60,849 nt of DNA from Actinomycetota bacterium (GCA_035536315.1 DATLOJ010000058.1:1-60849); one strand, 5' to 3'; counted from the first letter of the stretch, positions 19,060 through 28,356 are shown. The notes: generated from the letters alone by a model not told the origin. Made by a program: numbers and translations.

Positions 19060-20556
19060 TTAGAAGTGCTCCTTGCACCGCTCCAGCTCGCGCCACCCAC
19101 TCGTCCCGAGCGGATGCTCTTCTGTGCGCGTTCTCGACTTGACGTAGGTCTCCATGGCGATGAGCGTGTGTCCCCCCACGTGTCCGTTGCGTGTGAAGTC
19201 GAGAGGACAGTTGGGCTGGACTTCCTTGTGTCTCCCGGTAAGGAGAAGCCCGGCAATCTTGTTTCGGGTGCAGTCTCTGCCACAGTCGAGAAGAAGCTGG
19301 TGCATCTGTTTGGCTGCCATCCAGGTCATGAACAGAACGTCGTTTGGGGTGGAGTCGGGATGGCCGTACTTGGCTTGAGCTGCCTCGAACCGGCGCAGCT
19401 CGTCGGCATAGGCGGAGAACGGACCACCGTATTCCCCAAGGGAGTATGCGGGCCACGCAGAGATCCCCTCGATGTCCAGGTCGCCGGCCTCGGCTCCCAG
19501 GGTGTCCGTTGTTGTGTTGAAGGGGAACACCACCCATGTGGGGTTGAACTCCTGCTCTTTGGCTTGTTTGATCATGTCGGTCGCCATCAGCGCGTTCTCC
19601 CAGAAGAAGACGACCTCCGCCCCCTTGCGCTCGAGCTCGTCGATCTCATTCGAGTACACCGCTTGCTGGGCTCTCACGGGAAGTTCGGCAACCAGAGTCA
19701 CGGCGTTTCCGATCGTCTCCTTGAATCCGGTGTATCCGGGCTTCCAGTTGTCGCTGTTGCGCCAAACAACTCCGACCTTCTTCCCGGGATGTTTCTTGGC
19801 AATCCATTCTCCGAACATCTCGCCGGTTTTGTTGACGGTGGGGAAGAAGCTGAAGCTGTACTTCTTGCTCAGGTCTTCGGATGCCATGTGATGCATGTAA
19901 AGAACGTGGTTGTTCTCGGCCCACGCCCTCACCGCAGGTATCTGGTCGAACCCGATTCCCCCGCCAAGGATGAAGGGCCTTCCTTTATTGCATTCCTCCG
20001 CAGCCAGAACCGCTTTATCGGGGAGGTAAGTGTCGTCCTCAAATGTCGCTTGAACCTTCCTTCCGTGTACGCCGCCGTTATCGTTCAGATTCCTCCAGTA
20101 GATATCGAAGTCCTCGGGCCTTGCGTCGAACGCAGGGCCAAGTGAGAGGGCGGCGTGAGTGCAAAGCGTGATCTGCGAATTGGTTATGCCGATACGGTCT
20201 TCCGCCGGCGTGAATATGTCAGCGACCGGAACACCTTCGGCACTCGTGGTGATTTGCACCCCACCTTTTGTCTGGGTGGGTCCTGTTCGGCCGGAGCGTG
20301 GCGCACCCGGAGTTTCGACCGCGACGGCGGCTGTGTCGGTAACTTGTGGAGCCAGTTCCTCGACTGGAGCGGCCGTGACATCGGACTGCTCGGGCCTGAA
20401 CTCAGGACGGCGCGCAAGGGTCTCGGGGTTGCCAAGAAGCATCGAGCTCGTGACGAGCAGCAGAGCAATGGCACCGGCAACGCTCGATCGGTACTGAGTG
20501 CCGACGAAGAACTTGCCGATTCTTCCCGTTTCCCAGACTTGCTTTAGCCAGTTCAT
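19060..20556 (-). CDS. Membrane-anchored type I periplasmic binding protein (LivJ/K-like) for the first Liv-type importer
   Basis: GGAGG 5 nt upstream of the ATG. N-terminal TM segment (VAGAIALLLVTSSMLL), a low-complexity linker, then an about 380-aa PBP-like domain. Operon position is upstream of livH. Confidence 0.78.
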   Translation of the reverse strand: MNWLKQVWETGRIGKFFVGTQYRSSVAGAIALLLVTSSMLLGNPETLARRPEFRPEQSDVTAAPVEELAPQVTDTAAVAVETPGAPRSGRTGPTQTKGGVQITTSAEGVPVADIFTPAEDRIGITNSQITLCTHAALSLGPAFDARPEDFDIYWRNLNDNGGVHGRKVQATFEDDTYLPDKAVLAAEECNKGRPFILGGGIGFDQIPAVRAWAENNHVLYMHHMASEDLSKKYSFSFFPTVNKTGEMFGEWIAKKHPGKKVGVVWRNSDNWKPGYTGFKETIGNAVTLVAELPVRAQQAVYSNEIDELERKGAEVVFFWENALMATDMIKQAKEQEFNPTWVVFPFNTTTDTLGAEAGDLDIEGISAWPAYSLGEYGGPFSAYADELRRFEAAQAKYGHPDSTPNDVLFMTWMAAKQMHQLLLDCGRDCTRNKIAGLLLTGRHKEVQPNCPLDFTRNGHVGGHTLIAMETYVKSRTRTEEHPLGTSGWRELERCKEHF

Positions 20557-20569
20557 ATTCCCCTCCTGA

Positions 20570-22297
20570 TCAGGCCGGTATCACCGGAAGAAGCACATGT
20601 GATGGCCGGCTCGCGTCCATGAAGATTGTCTGACGAACCGGTTTCGTAGTTGATGCCTCGGTCGGAACCTCTCCCGTGTTGGGGTTTCGGTCGTACCGAG
20701 GAAAGTCGCTCGAGGTGATTATGACGGCGATGCGGTGCCCCGCCTTGAACAGGACTGAGGTGGCCCACATATCGACCGTGTACTCGAGCACGGCCCCGGC
20801 CTCGATCAACTTTCGCTCCCCCGTTCGATAGCTGGCGCGGAGAATCCCGTCACACATATTGATGATTCGGCCGTCCGGGTAGACGTCGCAAAGCTTCACG
20901 ACCCAGTCGGTGTCCTTCCCCTCTGTGGCCGCAAACAAGTTGGCTGAGACGGGGCCGGTCACCTCGAGATCCGAAATCAGAGCGTCGGTCTGGAAGAGCA
21001 GTACATCGCTGCGGCCGGTTATCGGCCTCTGGTCGACCGGCCCCCGCGTATAGGAAAGTGGAAGCAACAGGGTGCCCCCGCGGGTTGGGCATGGGTCTAA
21101 AGGGTCGTAAACGTAAGTCGCTTGTTCTGAGTCTCCGGAGGGAACGCCCCATGAAAGGCCACCTCCGGGTTGCATGTACAGCTTGCGCTGCTCGGCACGG
21201 GCGAGAGGCCATTCGCTTTCATCTCTCCAGCGGTTCAGCCCTTGAACGAAGATCTTGACGGGTGGCTCTTCATCGATCCCGTTGCGCTCGCCCTTCAGCC
21301 AGCGATCGAACCAACGCAACTGCAAAGCGGTGAGATCTTCCTTGAGGTCGAGAAGTGCGCCGGAAGCTCTCATTCCGAAATCGATGTCCCCCACGACCGG
21401 CATGAACGATGCGACGTTCGCGTGCGACCACGGCCCGATGATTAGCTTGGTGAACTTTCTCGAGTCCTCGTTGGCACCCGCATCCCGCGTCTGCGCGTAA
21501 TGGGCCAGGTCGTGGCCAATGGTTACATCGTGCCATCCCGACACGATGAGAGCCGGTACCTGGACCTGCGTATGCAACCGCTCCTTGAGAATCTGCTGGT
21601 TGAACTCGTCGACGGGAAGTCGGCTCATCCAGTCGAAGACGAAAGGAATGAACTCAGGGTCATCCGGCCGAAGTGAAGGCATCTTGTTGATTGGTAGATG
21701 CGTTACGACGTCCCGAAAGTTGTCGACATCCTCGAACAGCTGGATGAACTCTTCCATGAACTCCGGACGGCCTATCTTCTTTCGCGGAAGAACCGACGCG
21801 CCGATTCCCAGGGCCCAGCTAACTACGAGCCCGAGCATGAACGCGCCGCCACGCCACATGTGGTCTTCCCAGGCATGGGGGGCCGTCCATGGGGAGATTG
21901 CTCTTAGCGGCTGAGGCCTCGCGTACGCGGTATGCCAGGCAGTCGCTCCCATGTATGACACCCCGTACGCGCCCACGTTGCCGTCGGACCACGGAAGCTT
22001 TGCGGCCCAATCGACGGTGTCGGACCCGTCGTCCATCTCATTGACGTACGGAATGAACTCATCACCGTCCGACGCCCACCGCCCTCTCACATCCTGGATG
22101 ACAACCACGTAGCCACTCGAGGCCGCTTTTCGTGGATCGAGCATGGCAGCGGTAAAGGGCCAGAACTCCTTGTTGTAGGGAGTTCGCTGCACAAGGACTG
22201 GGTAGTTGCCCTCTTCCGAAGGGCGGTAGATATCGGCACGCAATACCGTGCCATCGCGCATCTTGGCGTCAACGTTCTGCTCGATCACAACCGTCAT
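20570..22297 (-). CDS. CocE/NonD family hydrolase (S15 X-Pro dipeptidyl-peptidase-like alpha/beta hydrolase)
   Basis: MRDGTVLRADIYRP...YPVLVQRTPYNK..., nucleophile elbow GVSYMGAT, C-terminal jelly-roll region. ATG at 22297 overlaps the upstream stop (TGATG). Confidence 0.85.
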   Translation of the reverse strand: MTVVIEQNVDAKMRDGTVLRADIYRPSEEGNYPVLVQRTPYNKEFWPFTAAMLDPRKAASSGYVVVIQDVRGRWASDGDEFIPYVNEMDDGSDTVDWAAKLPWSDGNVGAYGVSYMGATAWHTAYARPQPLRAISPWTAPHAWEDHMWRGGAFMLGLVVSWALGIGASVLPRKKIGRPEFMEEFIQLFEDVDNFRDVVTHLPINKMPSLRPDDPEFIPFVFDWMSRLPVDEFNQQILKERLHTQVQVPALIVSGWHDVTIGHDLAHYAQTRDAGANEDSRKFTKLIIGPWSHANVASFMPVVGDIDFGMRASGALLDLKEDLTALQLRWFDRWLKGERNGIDEEPPVKIFVQGLNRWRDESEWPLARAEQRKLYMQPGGGLSWGVPSGDSEQATYVYDPLDPCPTRGGTLLLPLSYTRGPVDQRPITGRSDVLLFQTDALISDLEVTGPVSANLFAATEGKDTDWVVKLCDVYPDGRIINMCDGILRASYRTGERKLIEAGAVLEYTVDMWATSVLFKAGHRIAVIITSSDFPRYDRNPNTGEVPTEASTTKPVRQTIFMDASRPSHVLLPVIPA

Positions 22298-23250
22298 CAG
22301 ACTGCTCCCCATCTGATGACCGTCGCGGCCCACGTATATCCCGTCCCCGCTGCAAGCAGAAGCGCAACGCTTCCTTCGGAGAGCTTCCCCTGCTCGCTGC
22401 ACTGCGCAAGGGACATGAGCGGATCTACAGCGCTCATGTGTCCATAGTGGTCTAGGTACCAGGCATTTCCTTGCTCGACCCCGAGCTCGACGAGGATCGA
22501 GTCGTGAAGAGAGCGCTTCATGTGAATCGGAAGCAGCAAATCGATGTCGTCGACTTCGAGGCCGCTGCGTTCCAGCGCCTCTGTCGAGACCTTGAGGAAG
22601 TTCTTGAGTGTTATTGGGTCGAGTTGCGACTTCATCTCCACACCGTCGACGAGTCCAAGCCTGTGCATCCCAGCACTCACGGTCTCCGCGGTCGCCGGAT
22701 GTTTGCTTCCGCCGCCCTGCATACGAACGTGCTCGGAGAAGGAGCCGTCGGTGAGGATGCTCGATCCCAACACTGCATTGCGGCGCAGGCCCCGCGCCAT
22801 AACGGCGGCCGCCGCCCCGTCGCCGAAGTTGAACATGAACCGCGACGCGGAATCGGAGTAGTCGAGCAGATGCGATTCCTTGGAGGCCCCCACCAGCAAG
22901 ATGGATCGCAGACTTGGATCGGACCTCAGCATGTCGCTCGCCAGCTTCAGTGCGATGGGCGCCCCAGCAGAGACATTTACGGCCTCGATGGAAAAGCCCT
23001 CGATTCCGAGGCGTTCCTGGATCATGGGAGCCGCCTGCCAGATCAAGTAATCCTTCCAGTGGGAGCCGAAGTACAAAACCGCATCAACCTCGGATGGATC
23101 GTTGCGCTCGAGAAGCGGTGCGGCTGCGGACACACACATGTCGGTTACATGCTCGTCCGTAGCGGCAATGTGCTTGCCGGCGATCCCGAATTTCTCCCGA
23201 AGGACGTCTTCGGGGATTCCGCTCTTGGCGCTTATCTCGGTAGCGCTCAT
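22297..23250 (-). CDS. KAS III (FabH)-like thiolase-fold protein with non-canonical catalytic residues. Coordinates run from the first ATG; the conserved N-terminus continues upstream to about 23316-23337.
   Basis: Colinear with the bona fide FabH in this window, but NVSAGAP aligns with NAACSGF and YGHMSAV with CGNTSSA. Upstream in-frame sequence KIVLESSSSAGIADLGWYAPEQF aligns with the FabH N-terminus. Confidence 0.8.
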   Translation of the reverse strand: MSATEISAKSGIPEDVLREKFGIAGKHIAATDEHVTDMCVSAAAPLLERNDPSEVDAVLYFGSHWKDYLIWQAAPMIQERLGIEGFSIEAVNVSAGAPIALKLASDMLRSDPSLRSILLVGASKESHLLDYSDSASRFMFNFGDGAAAAVMARGLRRNAVLGSSILTDGSFSEHVRMQGGGSKHPATAETVSAGMHRLGLVDGVEMKSQLDPITLKNFLKVSTEALERSGLEVDDIDLLLPIHMKRSLHDSILVELGVEQGNAWYLDHYGHMSAVDPLMSLAQCSEQGKLSEGSVALLLAAGTGYTWAATVIRWGAV

Positions 23251-23382
23251 GAACTGCTCCGGGGCATACCATCCGAGATCCGCGATGCCTGCCGATGAAG
23301 AAGATTCGAGGACTATCTTGCGCTCCGAGTCGTCAATAGGTTGTAATTAGTGAATCACCTGTCAGTTTTCTATAACGACTAG

Positions 23383-24039
23383 ATGGCGCAGTCAACCCAC
23401 CGGCGCCTGAGCCCGCCCTCCTCTGGGGGGAAAAATGGCCGCGGAGGTTCTCTCACCAAGAAGGGTGAATTGACGCGGCTGAAGCTTCTCGAGGTGGCCG
23501 AAGAGGTCTTTGGTGAAAAGGGCTACGACCTTGCATCGATCTCTGAGATAACCAGGAGGGCCGGCGTCGCCCAGGGAACCTTCTACTTGTACTTCGAAGG
23601 GAAGAGGCAGATCTTCTCGGAACTCGTACGATCGATCGGACGCACTCTGCGACACGAGCTCCAAACCGCAATTGTGGGCGCTACCACGCGAGCAGAAGTC
23701 GAACGGCTCGGATATCAGGCCTTCTTCGACTATGTGCGCCGCCATCCCAGCATCTACAGAATCGTTCGACAGGCAGAGTTTGTAGACCGCAAAGCGTTCA
23801 GCGATTACTACAGGACGTTCGCCGAGGGATATCAAAAAGGCCTGGAGGCATCAGCGGCTTCCGGCCAGGTTAGAGACCTCGACCCCGAGGTCGTCGCCTG
23901 GTGCTTGATGGGAATGGGGGACCTGGTGGGAGTCAGATGGATTCTTTTGGACGGCGGGGGCCGCGTTCCAAAGAAGGTCCTCGACACGATGCTCGACCTG
24001 ATCGCCAACGGCTTGAACGGGGCCGGCAACGCCAAGTAA
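23383..24039 (+). CDS. TetR-family transcriptional regulator
   Basis: HTH region RLKLLEVAEEVFGEKGYDLASISEITRRAGVAQGTFYLYF. Divergent from the KAS III-like gene. Confidence 0.85.
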   Translation: MAQSTHRRLSPPSSGGKNGRGGSLTKKGELTRLKLLEVAEEVFGEKGYDLASISEITRRAGVAQGTFYLYFEGKRQIFSELVRSIGRTLRHELQTAIVGATTRAEVERLGYQAFFDYVRRHPSIYRIVRQAEFVDRKAFSDYYRTFAEGYQKGLEASAASGQVRDLDPEVVAWCLMGMGDLVGVRWILLDGGGRVPKKVLDTMLDLIANGLNGAGNAK

Positions 24040-24109
24040 CGGCTTCAACCCGAACTCGATCGGCTTTTGGATAAGCCGGCGCGCTTACCTCACGCCGAAC
24101 CGAACGGCG

Positions 24110-25543
24110 GTGGAGTTCGAGGACGAACTGATCAGCTATTCCCAGCTGAACGACCGCTCGAATGCCTTCGCATCGGTTCTCGAGTCTGAAGGCCTCGAGA
24201 AGGGCGACCGGGTTGCAGTCCTTTCTGAGAATCGTCCCGAGTATCTGGGGCTGTTCTTCGCCTGCGCAAAGCTGGGGCTCGTGCTGGCCCCCGTCTCCTG
24301 GAGGCTTTCGCCAGAAGAGATGGCCTGGCAGCTGAATGACTCCTCACCTTCGGTGCTGTTCGCTTCAGACGAATACCTGGAGGCCGCGAAGGTTCTGTTC
24401 TCCCAAAGAGTCATCGAACTTCAGTCGGAAGGGGCGACCGGTGATCGGCCGGCGGAACCTTCAGATCGAAGCAGCTTCGACGATCCGCTCATGATCCTGT
24501 ACACGAGCGGCACGACCGGAAGGCCCAAGGGTGCGGTTCTGACCCATGGCAACTTCTTCTGGGCAAATCTCAACATGATCGTTGCGTCACAGTTTTCCTC
24601 CGACGATGTGAGTCTCGTTTTCCTCCCGATGTTCCACATCGGCGGGTGGAACATCAACACGCTTACGGTGCTGCTCAAGGGCGGCAAGGTCCTGCTCGAA
24701 AAGTCGTTCGATTCGAAGAGAGCCCTCGACCTCATAGAGCGAAAACACGTTACGTGGATGATGGGCGTCCCGGCTACGTATCTGTTTCTGAGTCAGGCCG
24801 AGGGGTTCGAGAGCCGCGATCTTTCATCTGTCCGGCAGATGGTCGTTGGGGGTGCACCCATGCCAGAGGCGCTCCTAAAAACGTACTCGGACCGGGGTAT
24901 CGAGATCGTGCAGGGTTATGGCTCTACCGAGCTGGCCCCCAACGCGCTCTTATTGCCTATGGATGAAGCCGGGGCTCGGCAGGGGTCTGCAGGTCAGCCT
25001 TACTTCTTTACAGATACGCGGCTGATGAACGACGAGGGAGATCTGCTCGAGCCCCCAGCCACCGGCGAGATAGTTGCGCGGGGGCCGATTGTCATGAAGG
25101 GGTACTGGCAGAGAGAAGATGCGACCGCCGATGCCATTAAAGAGGGCTGGCTTCATACCGGCGATGTCGCCCGCACCGACGAGGATGGCTACTTCTACGT
25201 CATAGACCGAAAGACCGACATGATCATCTCCGGGGGGGAGAACATCTATCCGGCCGAGGTTGAGAATGCGCTTTACCAGCACCCCCACATAGCGGAGGCG
25301 GCCGTATTTGGGATTCCCGACGACCGGTGGGGCGAGGCGGTGCACGCCGTCATCGTTCCCAAGGAAGGCTCGGAACTTAGCGGGGAAGATGTCATCGCCC
25401 ATTGCAAAGGCATTCTGGCCAAGTTCAAGACTCCGCGTTCGGTCGAAATTACAGCCGATCCTCTGCCCCGAACTCCGGCCGGCAAGGTCCGCAAACACGA
25501 TTTGCGCGTGGAGCATTGGCGGGGAAGGGACAGGAACATATGA
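24110..25543 (+). CDS. AMP-dependent acyl-CoA synthetase/ligase (FadD-like)
   Basis: LYTSGTTGRPKG, GYGSTE, GDV.R.DEDGYFYV.DR..D.I..GGENI.P.E.E. The GTG at 24110 is the first canonical start. Confidence 0.9.
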   Translation: MEFEDELISYSQLNDRSNAFASVLESEGLEKGDRVAVLSENRPEYLGLFFACAKLGLVLAPVSWRLSPEEMAWQLNDSSPSVLFASDEYLEAAKVLFSQRVIELQSEGATGDRPAEPSDRSSFDDPLMILYTSGTTGRPKGAVLTHGNFFWANLNMIVASQFSSDDVSLVFLPMFHIGGWNINTLTVLLKGGKVLLEKSFDSKRALDLIERKHVTWMMGVPATYLFLSQAEGFESRDLSSVRQMVVGGAPMPEALLKTYSDRGIEIVQGYGSTELAPNALLLPMDEAGARQGSAGQPYFFTDTRLMNDEGDLLEPPATGEIVARGPIVMKGYWQREDATADAIKEGWLHTGDVARTDEDGYFYVIDRKTDMIISGGENIYPAEVENALYQHPHIAEAAVFGIPDDRWGEAVHAVIVPKEGSELSGEDVIAHCKGILAKFKTPRSVEITADPLPRTPAGKVRKHDLRVEHWRGRDRNI

Positions 25544-26592
25544 GACGCCTTTTCATAGGGATTGTCGCCGCCGCACTGATGGGCTTCACGGTCCCAGCCG
25601 GTGCAGACCATCAGTTCGCCCACCGCAAGCCCTCGGGGCCTGCTCCCAAACAGTTCGCGGCCGACTTCGCTCCCCCGCTCGACTCGGAGTGGAAGTGGGA
25701 GATTGGTGGCTTTGGTGGAACCGCAAGAGGTACGCCGCTCAATTACAACCCGGTCATCCTCGTGCACGGTCAGGCGTACGACCACGCCTTCTGGAGTGCG
25801 GGGGCCGAAGTTCCTCCGAGCATCATGAACGTGCGCAATTACCTGAAGTCCCAGGGATATTCGGACCAGGAGGTATGGGCCTTCTCCTATAACGGGGCCG
25901 GCTGCATGAACACCTCTGGATGCGGTACTAACAACGAAACCAACGTTCCGGACTTCTTTGCGTTCATGCAAGCGGTCATGGAGTACACGGGATCGGCGAA
26001 GGTCGACGTCGTCGCGCACTCGCTTGGAGTCACGATTGTCCGCAAGTCCATCCAGACTCATCCAGAACTGCTCGGCCAGATCGAAGACCTCGTGCTTGCT
26101 GCGGGAGCCAACCACGGCACTTCGTCATGCAGAGGGAACGAAACTTTTTGGTTTGGATGCGACGAGATCGTGCCAGGCTCTCAATGGCTCGCCGACCTGA
26201 ACTCCTGGGATCCGGCCGGGGAAGGCGACGAGACTCCGGGACCAATCCGCTACATGACCATCTACGACCCGGTTGCTGACAACTTCTTCGTGAATGCGGG
26301 AATCTACGACGATACGAAGAGCCCCCGCTTGACCGGCGCAAACAACAACGAGCTGCCGGGCGCGCTGCATCTTCCGCTTGCAAGGGGGCAAGCCGCACTT
26401 CGCCTCTGGGTTCCGTTCATCAAGTCGAACAACAACGTCGTTCAATCCTCGACTGCCACTTCCGAGGAAGGTCGCGCTTCCATCGGCTCTCTTGCCGTAG
26501 GGGGTCCTCCGTTTCTGCCCACACTCGGTCTGGTCCTCGTAGCTATCGCGATCGCAATCTTGGTACCGAACAGAAGAGTGATTCGACAGTAG
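25540..26592 (+). CDS. Secreted class-2 (Bacillus LipA-like) lipase/esterase with C-terminal membrane anchor
   Basis: Signal peptide MRRLFIGIVAAALMGFTVPAGA. PVILVHGQ, nucleophile elbow VVAHSLGV, AAGANHG. C-terminal hydrophobic helix plus basic tail NRRVIRQ. The ATGA overlaps the ligase stop. Confidence 0.8.
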   Translation: MRRLFIGIVAAALMGFTVPAGADHQFAHRKPSGPAPKQFAADFAPPLDSEWKWEIGGFGGTARGTPLNYNPVILVHGQAYDHAFWSAGAEVPPSIMNVRNYLKSQGYSDQEVWAFSYNGAGCMNTSGCGTNNETNVPDFFAFMQAVMEYTGSAKVDVVAHSLGVTIVRKSIQTHPELLGQIEDLVLAAGANHGTSSCRGNETFWFGCDEIVPGSQWLADLNSWDPAGEGDETPGPIRYMTIYDPVADNFFVNAGIYDDTKSPRLTGANNNELPGALHLPLARGQAALRLWVPFIKSNNNVVQSSTATSEEGRASIGSLAVGGPPFLPTLGLVLVAIAIAILVPNRRVIRQ

Positions 26593-26603
26593 GTAGCGGC
26601 ACC

Positions 26604-27803
26604 TCACTCGCCCTTCTTGAGCTCCTCTCGAGCGATCACCATCTTGTGAACCTCGTCTGCCCCGTCGACGATGTGGAGGGTCCGCGCGTGCGCGTACATG
26701 ACGGCGAGCGGAAAGTCGTCGGACAGTCCGGCCCCCCCGTGCACCTGAATGGCCCGGTCGACCACCCAGGTCGCGGTCTCGGCAGCCGCGACTTTTATCG
26801 CGGAGATCTCGGTCCTTGCAGAACCCTTTCCGTGAACATCCATGGCCCACGCTGCTTTCAATGTCAGCAGGCGGACCTGCTCGATCCTTATCCGTGACTC
26901 GGCAATCCATTCCCGAATGACCCCCTGCTTGGCCAAAGGGATTCCAAACGCAACACGGGTCTTTGCCCTCGCACACATCATGTCGAGAGCGCGCTCGGCC
27001 ATCCCGACCGCGCGCATGCAGTGATGAATACGGCCGGGGCCGAGCCTTGCCTGTCCGATCATGAACCCGGCCCCCTCGCCGCCGAGAAAATTGTCAACCG
27101 GGACGCGGACATCCTTGAACTCGATCTCGCAGTGACCGTGCCCTTCGTCGTAACCAAAGACGGGGAGCGTCCTCACTACATTCACACCCGGCGTGTCCAT
27201 TGGAATTAGAACGAGGCTGTGTTGCATGTACTTCTCGGCTTCTGGATTGCTGCGGCCTAGAAACAGGATGACCTTGCATCGTGGGTCTGCTGCCCCGGTC
27301 GTCCACCACTTCCGGCCGTTGATGATCAGTTCGTCACCTTCACGCTCGATCGTGCTCTCGAGATTGGTGGGGTCGGAGCTGGCAACCTGCGGTTCCGTCA
27401 TCGCGAAGCACGATCGGATGGTGCCGTTGAGTAGCGGCCGAAGCCACTCTTGCTGCTGCTCGGGTGTCCCGAACTCGGCAAGGATCTCCATGTTTCCCGT
27501 ATCCGGGGCCGCGCAGTTCAGGGCCTCTGGAGCGATGTAGCTGCGCCCCGTGATCTCGGCAAGCGGCGCGTACTCGAGATTCTTAAGGCCCGGCCCCCAT
27601 TTCTCGTCGGCCATAAACAGATTCCAGAGGCCGAACTGTTGTGCCTTCTCCTTAAGCTCCTCCATGACTCCAGGAGCGGCGCGCGATTCAGAGATCCGAA
27701 GCTGATCCGCGTAGACCGCCTCGTTCGGGTAGACGTGGGTGTCCATGAAATCGAGAAGCCGGCCTTGGAGCTCCTGCACGCGCTCGCTGTGCTCGAAGTC
27801 CAT
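26604..27803 (-). CDS. Acyl-CoA dehydrogenase (ACAD10/11- or FadE2-like)
   Basis: CFAMTEP..ASSD, RKWWTTGA, IHHCMRAVG, and a C-terminal IVDGADEVH catalytic-base region. Confidence 0.9.
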   Translation of the reverse strand: MDFEHSERVQELQGRLLDFMDTHVYPNEAVYADQLRISESRAAPGVMEELKEKAQQFGLWNLFMADEKWGPGLKNLEYAPLAEITGRSYIAPEALNCAAPDTGNMEILAEFGTPEQQQEWLRPLLNGTIRSCFAMTEPQVASSDPTNLESTIEREGDELIINGRKWWTTGAADPRCKVILFLGRSNPEAEKYMQHSLVLIPMDTPGVNVVRTLPVFGYDEGHGHCEIEFKDVRVPVDNFLGGEGAGFMIGQARLGPGRIHHCMRAVGMAERALDMMCARAKTRVAFGIPLAKQGVIREWIAESRIRIEQVRLLTLKAAWAMDVHGKGSARTEISAIKVAAAETATWVVDRAIQVHGGAGLSDDFPLAVMYAHARTLHIVDGADEVHKMVIAREELKKGE

Positions 27804-27805
27804 AC

Positions 27806-28315
27806 CTACCAGTCCTCGAATAGTTCGATGGGAGACTCCCCTTCGCCGATCTCACGCAAGGCACCGTTGTAGAAGACGAGCGGCTTTGTGCTGTTGTCCA
27901 TTCTGGCTGTGACCTCGACTCTCCCAACTATCAACATGTGATCTGCAACGTCGAACTTCTGCTCGACCCTGCACGCAAACGCCGCGCCCGAGGCATTCGC
28001 GATTGGAATCTTCTCCAAATCGACAAAGTCGGAGAACTCACGGCTCTCGGAATCCCGTGCGAACGACCAGCAGAGTTCGTTGCTGCCAGAGGAGAGAATG
28101 CTTACGGCAAACATGCCGCTATCTTCCACCGCCGCCAGGGTTCTGCTGGGTTTCGCAAGGCTCACCAACACGAGCGGAGGCTCGAGTGAAATCGAAATAA
28201 GCGAATTGACAGTCATTCCCTCCGCGTTCCCCAATGAATCCGTGCTGGTCACGATGGCGACTCCAGTAGGCCATAACCTCATCGCTGCACGAAACTCCTC
28301 CCTTGTCACCCCCAA
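27806..28315 (-). CDS. Flavin reductase-like FMN-binding split-barrel protein
   Basis: FRAAMRLWPTGVAIVTS...GMTVNSLISISLEPPLVLVSL is typical of HpaC/flavin reductase domains. It ends 2 nt before the ACAD start. Confidence 0.85.
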   Translation of the reverse strand: MGVTREEFRAAMRLWPTGVAIVTSTDSLGNAEGMTVNSLISISLEPPLVLVSLAKPSRTLAAVEDSGMFAVSILSSGSNELCWSFARDSESREFSDFVDLEKIPIANASGAAFACRVEQKFDVADHMLIVGRVEVTARMDNSTKPLVFYNGALREIGEGESPIELFEDW

Positions 28316-28356
28316 GGCTCACTCCGATTTCCACAAATGTCGGGGGACCTTTCCAT

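Noticed and set aside
22471-23298. 275-aa plus-strand ORF. The same applies to 15335-16204, 25273-26115, 26125-26976, 31558-32394, 37923-38801, 46590-47324, 48226-49029 and 58420-59301.
   Set aside because: All are antisense or out-of-frame overlaps of genes with strong motif support. Their composition (R/G/P/A-rich) and lack of motifs indicate GC-driven spurious ORFs.
23350-23358. GTGA-A-TCAC mini-palindrome between the KAS III-like gene and the TetR gene, considered as a TetR operator
   Set aside because: The arms are only 4 bp, too short to distinguish from chance without comparative data.
26497-26592. LPTLG in the lipase tail considered as an LPxTG sortase signal
   Set aside because: The motif has Leu where the invariant Thr should be (L-P-T-L-G), so it is not a canonical LPxTG/LAxTG. 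Only the TM-plus-basic-tail layout is retained.
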